Positions 50,716-59,403 of a stretch of DNA of 60,429 nt are shown piece by piece. Position 1 is the first letter of the stretch, and every line of letters starts with the position of its first letter. This DNA is from Caldisericaceae bacterium (GTDB lineage Bacteria; Caldisericota; Caldisericia; Caldisericales; Caldisericaceae). Where the stretch lies: positions 1-60,429 of the forward strand of contig JAINCR010000077.1 in the NCBI GenBank assembly GCA_036574215.1. Direction: 5' to 3'. The notes beneath the pieces were generated by a model. That model did no database searches and was not told where the DNA came from. It saw nothing but the letters and a program-made list of their open reading frames with translations. The position numbers were made by a program, and so were the translations under genes.

Positions 50716-50893
50716 TTATCCACAGTATCCACAGGGTGGTGTGGATAAGTTAAACATTAACGTCATAAATTATTACTTGAAAGTATTCCTTTAAAGACAT
50801 TTTAAATAAATGCTTTTATTTTCCACAGAGAAAAACACAACCTTGTTAAAATGTGCAAAACCTGTTGAAAGGTTGTGGATAAGTTGTTGATAT
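50716..50893. promoter_or_regulatory. DnaA-box cluster (candidate oriC or DnaA-titrating locus)
   Basis: Perfect boxes: TTATCCACA 50716, TGTGGATAA 50740, TGTGGATAA 50874. One mismatch: GTATCCACA 50725, TTTTCCACA 50819. Two mismatches: 50852, 50885. AT-rich spacer 50750-50818. Confidence 0.85.
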
Positions 50894-51576
50894 CAAATTA
50901 AATTTGAAATAAATACAACTACAGGTAAATACAAAAGAGATGGAAGCATATTTATCAATTTTATCTTTTGGATATTTAAAAGTTCTAAACCGATACCTAC
51001 AATAAGCACTCCCCCAAGGCCTGTTAGGTTGTTTATATATATATCAGCCATTAAGAATTGTAGTTGTGAACCTAACAAGGTAAGACTTCCCTGTATTAAA
51101 AAAACAGAAATAGCTGAAAACATTACACCGATTCCAAGGCCTGAGGCAAGTGTAAGTGAGGTTATTCCATCCATTACGGATTTTGTGATTAGAAGAGTGG
51201 CATCGTGAGTAAGCCCTTCCTGGATTGAACCAACAACAGTCATTGCGCCAACACAAAAAACAAGTGTAGCAGTTATAAAACCTTCAACAAAACGGGGAGA
51301 GTTAGGTGAGATTTTCTGTTTTATTTTTTCAACAGACTTATTTAGTCTCTCATAAAGGCGTAATAATTCACCAGTAATACTTCCAAAAATTAGTGAGATG
51401 AAAACTTCAATGAATTTTGTTGTTTTTATAATCATTGTTATTCCTATAAGAAGAGTAAAAAGCCCAATAGATTGGATAATAATATCTCTAACTTTTGAGG
51501 GTAATCGATTTCCAATTATTAGTCCAAGAGCACTTCCAACTAATACAGTGAAAACATTTACAATGGTTCCAATCAT
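50893..51576 (-). CDS. DUF554 family membrane protein
   Basis: MIGTIVN, FCVGAMTVVG, KSVMDG, NMLPS; start reassigned to ATG 51576 with a GGAAGG RBS. Confidence 0.88.
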   Translation of the reverse strand: MIGTIVNVFTVLVGSALGLIIGNRLPSKVRDIIIQSIGLFTLLIGITMIIKTTKFIEVFISLIFGSITGELLRLYERLNKSVEKIKQKISPNSPRFVEGFITATLVFCVGAMTVVGSIQEGLTHDATLLITKSVMDGITSLTLASGLGIGVMFSAISVFLIQGSLTLLGSQLQFLMADIYINNLTGLGGVLIVGIGLELLNIQKIKLINMLPSLLYLPVVVFISNLI

Positions 51577-51744
51577 GGTGCACCTTCCCTTTTTTTGATA
51601 ATTATACGAAAAGCTATGGGTAAACAAAATCTTATACCCGAGGGGTTACCGTTTACTCTTTTTTTGTGTTTCTGGAAGACTTGAGGGTGTCCTCTTTGTG
51701 TTGTTCTTACGAGGCTTAACTCCTCAAATGTGAGGTCATTTGCT

Positions 51745-52102
51745 ACCTCTCAGGATGACTGTTGGTGGTCATTGTAACGAGGTGTCTCTATGGTTTCATT
51801 CTGCAATATTCTCCTTGCGTAAGCAAGTGCGAAGCTCCCCTTCGGTCATTCTGACGAGGTGTCTTTTGCCAAGGAAAAATATCTTCGTTCATCCTATGTT
51901 GTCATTCTGAGGGCGTAAGAAGTGAAGAATCTCCTCCGTTTATGGTTTTTCATTACTTGGGGGGAGCCTTAAGGGGACCATTTTCACCCCATCAAATATA
52001 GGATCCTTCGCTTAAGTTTACACTGAGCGAAGCGAACGTGCTCAGGATGACAAAGAAAAAAATACCCAGGATCACAAAAAGGAACGGGGAGCCTTGAGGG
52101 AG
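51745..52102 (+). repeat. Composite REP-like element containing the 241-bp direct repeat (51812-52052) of 46373-46612
   Basis: Direct sequence match; extra ctcaggatgac at ~51749 and ggagccttgagggg at ~52089. Confidence 0.92.
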
Positions 52103-52114
52103 CTACCAAGTAGG

Positions 52115-52570
52115 TTATTGCGATAATTCTTTTTCTATTACTTCTTTAAGAACTTTATTGTCAACAGCACCTTTAAAATGTTCAATGCAAGCCTTCATTA
52201 CTTTTCCAAAATCACTTTTTCCTTTTGCGTTAAGGTCTTTAATGATTCTTTTTACTTCTTCTTTTAATTCCTCTTCACTTGGTGCTTTAGGAAAATAACT
52301 TTTCAATATTTCAAGTTCTTCTATTTCTTTCTTTAAAAGATCTTCTCTTGAAGCCTGTTTATACATTTCAATAGCTTCCTCTCTTTTTTTAATCTCCTTT
52401 CTAATAATTTCAAGTAAATCAACTTCTGTTAAATTTTTACTTAGTGCTTTAAGTTCAATCTCTTTGTATTTTATTTGCGATTTTAACATATTTAATACAT
52501 CTGCCTTTAATCGGTCTTTTTCTTTTAATGCTAAAATGTAATCTTTTTCTAATTTTTCTAATAGTTCCAT
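52115..52570 (-). CDS. GatB/YqeY domain protein
   Basis: KKREEAIEMY, ELEILKSYFP, DFGKVMK. Confidence 0.9.
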   Translation of the reverse strand: MELLEKLEKDYILALKEKDRLKADVLNMLKSQIKYKEIELKALSKNLTEVDLLEIIRKEIKKREEAIEMYKQASREDLLKKEIEELEILKSYFPKAPSEEELKEEVKRIIKDLNAKGKSDFGKVMKACIEHFKGAVDNKVLKEVIEKELSQ

Positions 52571-52608
52571 TTACGCCTCCTTAAAATATTTTATATTTAA
52601 TTTTTTGT

Positions 52609-52636
52609 TTGCAAAAATCAATACATATTGTATAAT
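52609..52636 (+). promoter_or_regulatory. Sigma70-type promoter upstream of the buk-vor operon
   Basis: TTGCAA-16 nt-TATAAT. Confidence 0.5.
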
Positions 52637-52750
52637 TTATTGTAATGGTAAATTGTATTTTTTCTAAAAATAGCATTTTTAGTTGTCTATGGAGTGTATT
52701 TATTTCCGTAATGTTTATTATTATAGTAATTGGAAAAAATTATTCTAATA

Positions 52751-52779
52751 AAGGCGCTATCAAGCGCCTTATATTTTTT
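52751..52779 (+). terminator. Terminator-like hairpin immediately before the buk RBS
   Basis: aaggcgct-atca-agcgcctt, then atatttttt, then the GGAGGG RBS. Confidence 0.55.
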
Positions 52780-52789
52780 GGAGGGCATA

Positions 52790-53860
52790 ATGAAAATCCT
52801 TGTAATTAATCCGGGATCAACTTCAACCAAAATTGCAATTTTTGAAGACGAGAAGGAACTCTTGTCAAAAACAATTAGGCATTCCTCAGATGAGCTTAAG
52901 AATTTTAAGTCAATTATCTCGCAGTATGATTTTAGGGTAAGGATCATCGAAGAAGAACTAAATAAACTAAATTTTAAACTTGAAGATTTTAATGCATTTG
53001 TCGGAAGAGGAGGCTTATTGCATCCGATTGCATCTGGCACGTATAGAGTAAACGAAGGTATGCTGCAAGACCTTTTGGAAGCTCGTTACGGTGAGCATGC
53101 TTCAAACCTTGGTGCAATTATTGCCTTTAACCTTGCGAAAAAAGTAGATAAACCTGCTTACATTGTTGATCCTGTTGTTGTCGATGAAATGGAACCTTTA
53201 GCAAAATACTCGGGCTTAAAAGGAATTGAAAGAAAATCTATATGGCACGCCTTAAATCAAAAGGCTGTTGCAAGAAGAGCTGCAAAAGATTTAGGTAAGA
53301 CTTACCAAGATGTAAACCTTGTAGTAGTGCATTTAGGTGGGGGTATTTCTATCGCAGCACATAAAAAGGGTAGAACTGTTGATGTAAATAATGCCCTTAA
53401 TGGTGATGGTCCTTTTGCTCCAGAAAGAGCTGGAGGACTACCTACCGTAAGCCTTGTAGATCTTTGTCTTAGTGGTAAATACACATATGAAGAAATGAAA
53501 AAGCTTCTTGCAGGAAAAGGTGGTCTTGTATCACATCTTGGTACCAATAGCGCACTTGAAGTTGAAAAGAGGATTAACGATGGTGATAGTTATGCAAAAC
53601 TTGTCTACGAAGCAATGGCATATCAAGTAGCAAAAACAATAGGAGAAATGGCAACCGTGCTTGAAGGTAAAGTCGATGCAATCGTATTAACAGGCGGGCT
53701 TGCAAACTCAGAAATGCTTGTAAATTGGATTAAAGAGCGTGTTTCTTTTATTTCACAAGTGCTTATATACCCTGGCGAAGATGAAATGACCGCACTTCTT
53801 GAAGGTGCCTTGAGAGTTTTAAGAGGAGAAGAAAAAGAAAAAACTTATGAAAGAATTTGA
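52790..53860 (+). CDS. buk: Butyrate (branched-chain carboxylate) kinase
   Basis: INPGSTSTK, GRGGLL, HASNLG, HALNQKA, HLGGGIS; ATG at 52790 with RBS. Confidence 0.95.
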   Translation: MKILVINPGSTSTKIAIFEDEKELLSKTIRHSSDELKNFKSIISQYDFRVRIIEEELNKLNFKLEDFNAFVGRGGLLHPIASGTYRVNEGMLQDLLEARYGEHASNLGAIIAFNLAKKVDKPAYIVDPVVVDEMEPLAKYSGLKGIERKSIWHALNQKAVARRAAKDLGKTYQDVNLVVVHLGGGISIAAHKKGRTVDVNNALNGDGPFAPERAGGLPTVSLVDLCLSGKYTYEEMKKLLAGKGGLVSHLGTNSALEVEKRINDGDSYAKLVYEAMAYQVAKTIGEMATVLEGKVDAIVLTGGLANSEMLVNWIKERVSFISQVLIYPGEDEMTALLEGALRVLRGEEKEKTYERI

Positions 53861-54533
53861 TGTAAGAAAACTATTAGACAAAAACACACAAATTATCACA
53901 GGTAGAATAGGCTCTGGTAAAACTGAGATCTCAATTAACCTTGCAATAAAATTAAAAGAAGCAAATATAAAGTCAAAACTGTTTGACCTTGATGTTGTAA
54001 AACCTTATGTAAGAATTAGAGATGTTGAAAATAAACTTAAAGAGTTTGACCTTGATTTGGTTTTGCCTCCCCCACTTACCCGTGCACTTGATGTGCCTGT
54101 TTTCCCACAAAATATTGTTTCTCAACTTATGGATAGGGATTATTACCACATTATCGATGTTGGCGGGGATGCATATGGTGCAGGTAGTATTGCACAATTC
54201 AGAAATTTTTTTGAAGACTCTTACAATATGCTTTTTGCTGTGAATACAAAAAGACCATTCAGCGAAACAAAAGAGCAGATTTTAGGAGAAATTGCAACCA
54301 TTGAAAGTGCATCAAAATTGCATATTACACATCTTATTCTCAATACGAATTTGCGATGGGAAACAACAGAAGAAATTATAAAAGATGGTTTTAATATCCT
54401 CAAAAGTGTTTCAGAAGAAATTGGTATTCCAATCCTTTTTGCCTGTGTTGATGAGAAAAGAGTGTCTTTAATGGACTCTTTAGAAGTGGAAGTCTTTCCA
54501 CTCAAACTTTTTGTAAGTCCAATACCTATATAA
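53847..54533 (+). CDS. Uncharacterised P-loop NTPase (MinD/CobQ-like)
   Basis: GRIGSGKTE, DLDVVKPY.R, DVGGD. Confidence 0.75.
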   Translation: MKEFDVRKLLDKNTQIITGRIGSGKTEISINLAIKLKEANIKSKLFDLDVVKPYVRIRDVENKLKEFDLDLVLPPPLTRALDVPVFPQNIVSQLMDRDYYHIIDVGGDAYGAGSIAQFRNFFEDSYNMLFAVNTKRPFSETKEQILGEIATIESASKLHITHLILNTNLRWETTEEIIKDGFNILKSVSEEIGIPILFACVDEKRVSLMDSLEVEVFPLKLFVSPIPI

Positions 54534-54548
54534 TAAGGAGGTTATTTA

Positions 54549-54779
54549 ATGGAACCAAAAGTAATCATCGATGAAGAAAAATGTAAAAGCTGTGAAATGT
54601 GCGTTAGTGTCTGTCCCAAACATGTCCTTAGGATCTCTAACAAAATTAACCTTAAAGGGTATCATCCTGTTGAACTTTTTGACAACGAAAACTGTATCTC
54701 CTGCGGATTTTGTTATCTTATATGTCCCGATAAGGCGATTTTAGAGGTAAGAAGACCCGAGAAAGTTGAAGTAAAATAG
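54549..54779 (+). CDS. 2x[4Fe-4S] ferredoxin, delta subunit of 2-oxoacid:ferredoxin oxidoreductase
   Basis: CKSCEMCVSVCP and CISCGFCYLICP. Confidence 0.92.
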   Translation: MEPKVIIDEEKCKSCEMCVSVCPKHVLRISNKINLKGYHPVELFDNENCISCGFCYLICPDKAILEVRRPEKVEVK

Positions 54780-54788
54780 GAGGTAAAT

Positions 54789-55850
54789 ATGGGTGAAAGA
54801 TTGTTAATGAAAGGCGCAGAGGCTTTAGCCGAAGCCGCAATTAGGGCAGGTGCTCAGATCTTTTTTGGGTATCCTATCACACCTCAAAATGAATCTCCTG
54901 AATATTTTTCAAGAAGAATGCCAGAAGTGGGACGCACATATGTCCAAGCAGAAAGTGAAGTAGCAGCAATTAATATGGTGTATGGAGCGGCTTCAACTGG
55001 CACAAGAGTTATTACAACTTCTTCAAGTCCTGGTATCAGCCTTATGCAGGAAGGTTTTAGCTACATTGGTAATTCCAATGTTCCGTGTGTAATTGTAAAT
55101 GTAATGCGTGGTGGTCCTGGCTTGGGTAATATTGCACCAGCGCAGGCAGACTATTTCCAGGCAACAAAAGGCGGAGGCCACGGTGATTACCACTCTATCG
55201 TCCTTGCGCCACATACATTGCAAGAAGAGTGCGACCTTATGTACGATGCTTTTGAACTTGCCGAGAAGTATAGAATTATGGTTGTTATGTTATCCGATGG
55301 ACTCTTAGGGCAGATGATGGAACCTGTAGAGTTTAAAGATTGGGTCGACGTAAGTAAGCTCAAGACTCCAGATTGGGCAATCGTTGGAAAAGGAGATCGA
55401 CCAAGAAATCTTGTTTCTTCTTTTGATCTTTCTCCTGAAGGACTTGAAAAAATGAATCTCGACTTACAAGAGAAATACAAAAAGATACAGGAAAATGAAG
55501 TAAGATACGAACTTTACAAGATGGATGATGCAGAGTATGTTTTAACTGGCTTTGGGACTGTTGCAAGAATTATGAAAACAACCGTTAACATGTTAAGAGA
55601 AAAAGGTATAAAAGCAGGTTTAATAAGACCTATAACTGTTTGGCCCTTCCCCTATAAAGTGTTCGAAGATTTTGCAGATAAGGCTAAATTCTTCTTGGAT
55701 GTTGAAATGAACGAAGGACAAATGCTTGAGGATGTAAAACTTGGCGTAAACGGTAAAAAGCCAGTGCAGTTTTATGGGAGATTTGGTGGAATTGTCCCAA
55801 CCGCAGAAGAAATCTATAAGGCTTTTAAATTACATATGGGAGGTTGCTAA
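54789..55850 (+). CDS. 2-oxoacid (probably branched-chain, Vor-type):ferredoxin oxidoreductase alpha subunit
   Basis: GYPITPQ, QAESE, SSSPGISL, RGGPGLG, KGGGHGD. Confidence 0.9.
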   Translation: MGERLLMKGAEALAEAAIRAGAQIFFGYPITPQNESPEYFSRRMPEVGRTYVQAESEVAAINMVYGAASTGTRVITTSSSPGISLMQEGFSYIGNSNVPCVIVNVMRGGPGLGNIAPAQADYFQATKGGGHGDYHSIVLAPHTLQEECDLMYDAFELAEKYRIMVVMLSDGLLGQMMEPVEFKDWVDVSKLKTPDWAIVGKGDRPRNLVSSFDLSPEGLEKMNLDLQEKYKKIQENEVRYELYKMDDAEYVLTGFGTVARIMKTTVNMLREKGIKAGLIRPITVWPFPYKVFEDFADKAKFFLDVEMNEGQMLEDVKLGVNGKKPVQFYGRFGGIVPTAEEIYKAFKLHMGGC

Positions 55851-56596
55851 TGAAATTAATCTATAAAGCACCCGATTCATTTGCTAAGAAGCAAACCACG
55901 TACTGTCCGGGATGTCCGCATGGGGTTGCCCATAGAATAGTTGCAGAGTTACTTGAAGAACTTGATTTAGTGAAGAAAGCGGTAATTGTTTGGCCAGTTG
56001 GATGTTCTGTTTTTGGATACGATTTTATTGATACAGATGCAACTGTTGCAGCACATGGTAGAGCCTGTGCTATGGCAACTGGAATTAAAAGAGCACACCC
56101 TGAGAGTTTTGTTCTTACCTACCAAGGAGACGGAGACCTTGCTTCCATAGGAATGACAGAAACCGTTCATGCTGCAGCAAGAGGCGAACTTATCACGACC
56201 ATATTTATAAACAACGGCAATTTTGGAATGACTGGTGGGCAGATGGCACCTACAACACTTGTAGGACAGGTTACAACAACATCACCTTATGGAAGAAAAC
56301 CGGAGGTTAATGGTTTCCCTATTCATGTCTCAGAAATGCTTGCCACTCTTGATGGCCCTGCGTATATTGCAAGAGCTTCTCTTGATTCTCCACAACATAT
56401 TAACCAGGCAAAAAACTTTATAAGAAAGGCATTTAAGGCGCAAATATTAGGACTTGGGTATTCTCTTGTTGAACTTGTTTCAACTTGCCCAACAAACTGG
56501 AAAATGACTCCTGTTGAAGCATTGGAGAGGGTAAGAAGAGAAGTCTTGCCCGTATTTCCAATTGGTGAATTTAGAGTGGTAAAGGGGGTAGAATAA
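55850..56596 (+). CDS. 2-oxoacid:ferredoxin oxidoreductase beta (TPP-binding) subunit
   Basis: YCPGC, VGCS, QGDGD, GMTGGQMAPT, CPTNW. Confidence 0.92.
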   Translation: MKLIYKAPDSFAKKQTTYCPGCPHGVAHRIVAELLEELDLVKKAVIVWPVGCSVFGYDFIDTDATVAAHGRACAMATGIKRAHPESFVLTYQGDGDLASIGMTETVHAAARGELITTIFINNGNFGMTGGQMAPTTLVGQVTTTSPYGRKPEVNGFPIHVSEMLATLDGPAYIARASLDSPQHINQAKNFIRKAFKAQILGLGYSLVELVSTCPTNWKMTPVEALERVRREVLPVFPIGEFRVVKGVE

Positions 56597-56597
56597 C

Positions 56598-57149
56598 ATG
56601 CAAAAAGGTGTTGTTATATCTGGCTTTGGTGGTCAAGGCGTAATGCTTGCAGGAGAAATCCTTGCAGAGGCAGGTAAAGAAGATGGGAAATTTGTAACTT
56701 TTCTTCCTTCCTATGGACCTGAGATGCGTGGTGGAACTGCAAATTGTCATGTTATTGTATCCGATGAAGAGATTGCATCTCCTATCATTGATAGGCCAGA
56801 AGCAGCAATTGTTCTCAATCTTCCTTCCTTAGATAAATATGAACCTCTTATGAAAGAAGATGGAATAATGATTTTGAATAAGACACTCATCCCAAAAGAA
56901 GTTACAAGAACGGATATAAGAGTGCTTCAAATCGATGCACATGATATTGCAAGAAAACTTGGCTCAGAAAAGGTTGTTAATATGATTCTTTTAGGTGCGT
57001 ATGTTGAGGTAGAAAAACCAGTCTCATTAGAATCGATTAAAAAGGCATTAGAAAAATATCTTACCGGAAGAAAAAAAGAACTCCTTGAGATTAACATTAA
57101 GGCAGTTGAAGAAGGTAGTAAGATAGCAAAAGAGTTTTTGGGGGTATAG
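56598..57149 (+). CDS. 2-oxoacid:ferredoxin oxidoreductase gamma subunit
   Basis: GFGGQG, SYGPEMRGG, NMILLGA. Confidence 0.92.
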   Translation: MQKGVVISGFGGQGVMLAGEILAEAGKEDGKFVTFLPSYGPEMRGGTANCHVIVSDEEIASPIIDRPEAAIVLNLPSLDKYEPLMKEDGIMILNKTLIPKEVTRTDIRVLQIDAHDIARKLGSEKVVNMILLGAYVEVEKPVSLESIKKALEKYLTGRKKELLEINIKAVEEGSKIAKEFLGV

Positions 57150-57150
57150 T

Positions 57151-57501
57151 ATGAAAACGATTAAACCTGAGGAAATAAACCCTCAACCAGTTGAATTTAA
57201 TGGTGCCTATATCCCTGGCGTGACGATTCGGTGGCTTATCAAGAAGGAGGATGGTGCAGAGCGTTTTGCAATGAGGTATTTTGAACTTGAAAAAGGTGCT
57301 GTAATTCCTGAACATCAACACGAATGGGAGCATGAAATTTTTATTCTCCAAGGGAAGGTGCTTATTACCGAAGGCTCAGAAGAACGCGTAGTTGAAAAAG
57401 GTTCTGCGGTTTTTATTAGACCCAACTTACCTCATTCCTATAAAAACATTGGGGATGAAAAAGTATTAATGCTCTGCCTTATTCCTTACTTAAAAGGATA
57501 A
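57151..57501 (+). CDS. Cupin domain protein
   Basis: PEHQHEWEHE and PNLPH metal-binding motifs. Confidence 0.88.
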   Translation: MKTIKPEEINPQPVEFNGAYIPGVTIRWLIKKEDGAERFAMRYFELEKGAVIPEHQHEWEHEIFILQGKVLITEGSEERVVEKGSAVFIRPNLPHSYKNIGDEKVLMLCLIPYLKG

Positions 57502-57502
57502 G

Positions 57503-58237
57503 ATGGATTTTTTGGGGAAATCTATTCTTATCATTGGTGGCTCTTCCGGAATAGGAAGGGCCACTGCTATTTATCTTAACACTCTTAAAGCAAGTGTTAT
57601 CATAACGGGAAAGACAAAGGCGCATATAGATGAAACTCTTTCTTTATGTCCTAATATCGAATTTTTCCAAGGCAGTTTTCCAAAAGATACTTTCAATCTC
57701 ATCAATTGGTTATTCACAAAAGTTAACAAACTTGATGGTGTTGTATTCTCCCAAGGAATTATCTATACTGAGCCATTTGAAACTTTTAGAGTTCATGAGC
57801 TTGATGAAATGTGGGAAGTTAATGTTAAAACGAGTTTTATTATACTAAAAGAACTTTTGCCACTATTAAAAAATGGTGGAAGTGTAGTTTTTATTTCCTC
57901 AATTGATGCGCTTTTTGGAGAAAAAAGTCCATCTTCAGGATATTCTCTTACTAAATCTGCTATAATTGGACTAACGAATTCTCTTGCTTTTGAACTTGGG
58001 CAGTATAATATTAGAGTAAATAGTATTATGCCAGGTTTAATAAGGACAAGTATGACAGAAGATTTTTTTAGTAAAGAATTTGATGAAGAAAGAAAAGAAT
58101 TTTTAAGACGGGTGCCTCTTAGAAGAGCAGGCACTCCAGAAGAAGTTGCAAAATTGATAGCGTTTCTACTCTCCGATGATGCTTCATATATTACAGGTGA
58201 TATAATCTTTATTGACGGAGGATATCATACAGGATGA
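57503..58237 (+). CDS. Short-chain dehydrogenase/reductase
   Basis: GGSSGIG, YSLTK (YxxxK), IRVN..PG, ITG..IFIDGG. Confidence 0.9.
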   Translation: MDFLGKSILIIGGSSGIGRATAIYLNTLKASVIITGKTKAHIDETLSLCPNIEFFQGSFPKDTFNLINWLFTKVNKLDGVVFSQGIIYTEPFETFRVHELDEMWEVNVKTSFIILKELLPLLKNGGSVVFISSIDALFGEKSPSSGYSLTKSAIIGLTNSLAFELGQYNIRVNSIMPGLIRTSMTEDFFSKEFDEERKEFLRRVPLRRAGTPEEVAKLIAFLLSDDASYITGDIIFIDGGYHTG

Positions 58238-59403
58238 GATTTCTTCATCTTGCCGATTTACATTTAGGCTTTCCTTTAAGGGAAGATGAAAGTAAATTTG
58301 ATTTCTTTAAGTCACTTAATTTTGTAGTTGAAAAAGCAAAGGAATACGAGGTTGATGTTGTTTTGATTGCAGGAGATGTTTTTCACGAAAGATCCCCTAA
58401 TGCAAAGTTTCAATCTGTATTTTCAAGTTTTGTAAAAGAGTTGATGGTAAATAAAATCCCCGTGCTTATAATTACAGGCAACCACGAAGGGCCAAGTTTT
58501 AGAGGTAAAAACATCCACCTTGATGTTTACGATAATTTAAAATTACCTTCCGTTTACGTAAGTAAAATAAGTGAAGTAGTAACTATAAATGGTGCTAATT
58601 TTATTACCCTTCCTTACCCTTTTAAATTAAACTTCATTTCAAAAGAAGAAAACAGGAATAGAGAGGAAAGTGAAGTTTTAAATTTGATGAATAGAAGGCT
58701 TCTATATATTCTCGATGAAAAACTCTCCGATATTGGCAATGGTAATTTAAATATATTAGTTGGGCATATCCCTGTTTCAGAAGGAGAGGTTGGCTTTGAG
58801 AAGTATATAAACATTACAAGTGAAATACCACTCTCCATTGAAGAACTTGATAGAATTAATATTAGTTATTTTGCCTTGGGCCATTTACATAAACACCAGA
58901 TTATAAGAAGCAAAAAATACGAGCATGTATTTGTTTATCCAGGTTCACTTGATAGGTTAGACTTTGGTGATGAAGACGATGAGAAAGGTTTCTATTTTGT
59001 TGAAGTTGAACCCTCAAAAGAGCCATATTTGGAGTTTATAAAAAATCCTTTTGCAAGGGAATTTTACACAATAGAGATACAAAACGAGAATTCCTTTAAA
59101 AGCGTTGATATGGAGAAAGTTAAAAGGTCAATCACGCGTCTTTTAATAAAAGGCGATTTATTTGAAGAACACATGCTTTCTAAGTTTATTGAAATTGTAA
59201 AAAAAGAGGCGTATTCGTTTGCATATATTGACGACAGAAGGGAAGGAAACATTCCTATAAGGGATTTTGTATCAAAAGCTATCAATCCAATTGAATCACT
59301 TATAGAATACATTGATAAGTCGCCAAACGAGGATATAAAAAAACTTAAAAATAAAATCATTGAAGAAGCAAAAATTATATTTGAGGAGATTAATGAAGCG
59401 TAG
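58234..59403 (+). CDS. sbcD: SbcD/Mre11-family nuclease subunit
   Basis: DLHLG, AGDVF, GNHE, ALGHLH, YPGS. Confidence 0.85.
   Translation: MRFLHLADLHLGFPLREDESKFDFFKSLNFVVEKAKEYEVDVVLIAGDVFHERSPNAKFQSVFSSFVKELMVNKIPVLIITGNHEGPSFRGKNIHLDVYDNLKLPSVYVSKISEVVTINGANFITLPYPFKLNFISKEENRNREESEVLNLMNRRLLYILDEKLSDIGNGNLNILVGHIPVSEGEVGFEKYINITSEIPLSIEELDRINISYFALGHLHKHQIIRSKKYEHVFVYPGSLDRLDFGDEDDEKGFYFVEVEPSKEPYLEFIKNPFAREFYTIEIQNENSFKSVDMEKVKRSITRLLIKGDLFEEHMLSKFIEIVKKEAYSFAYIDDRREGNIPIRDFVSKAINPIESLIEYIDKSPNEDIKKLKNKIIEEAKIIFEEINEA

Noticed and set aside
51577-51627. N-terminal extensions in the ORF track (DUF554; likewise buk 52730, rseC 47502, gpmA 49887)
   Set aside because: Downstream ATGs have better RBS spacing and match the family N-termini
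46373-52052. Composite transposon or prophage
   Set aside because: No transposase, integrase or phage gene, and no target-site duplication identified; the cargo is housekeeping genes
52687-53040. 117-aa antisense ORF over buk, and the many other short antisense or out-of-frame ORFs in the track
   Set aside because: They shadow well-supported genes and show no motifs
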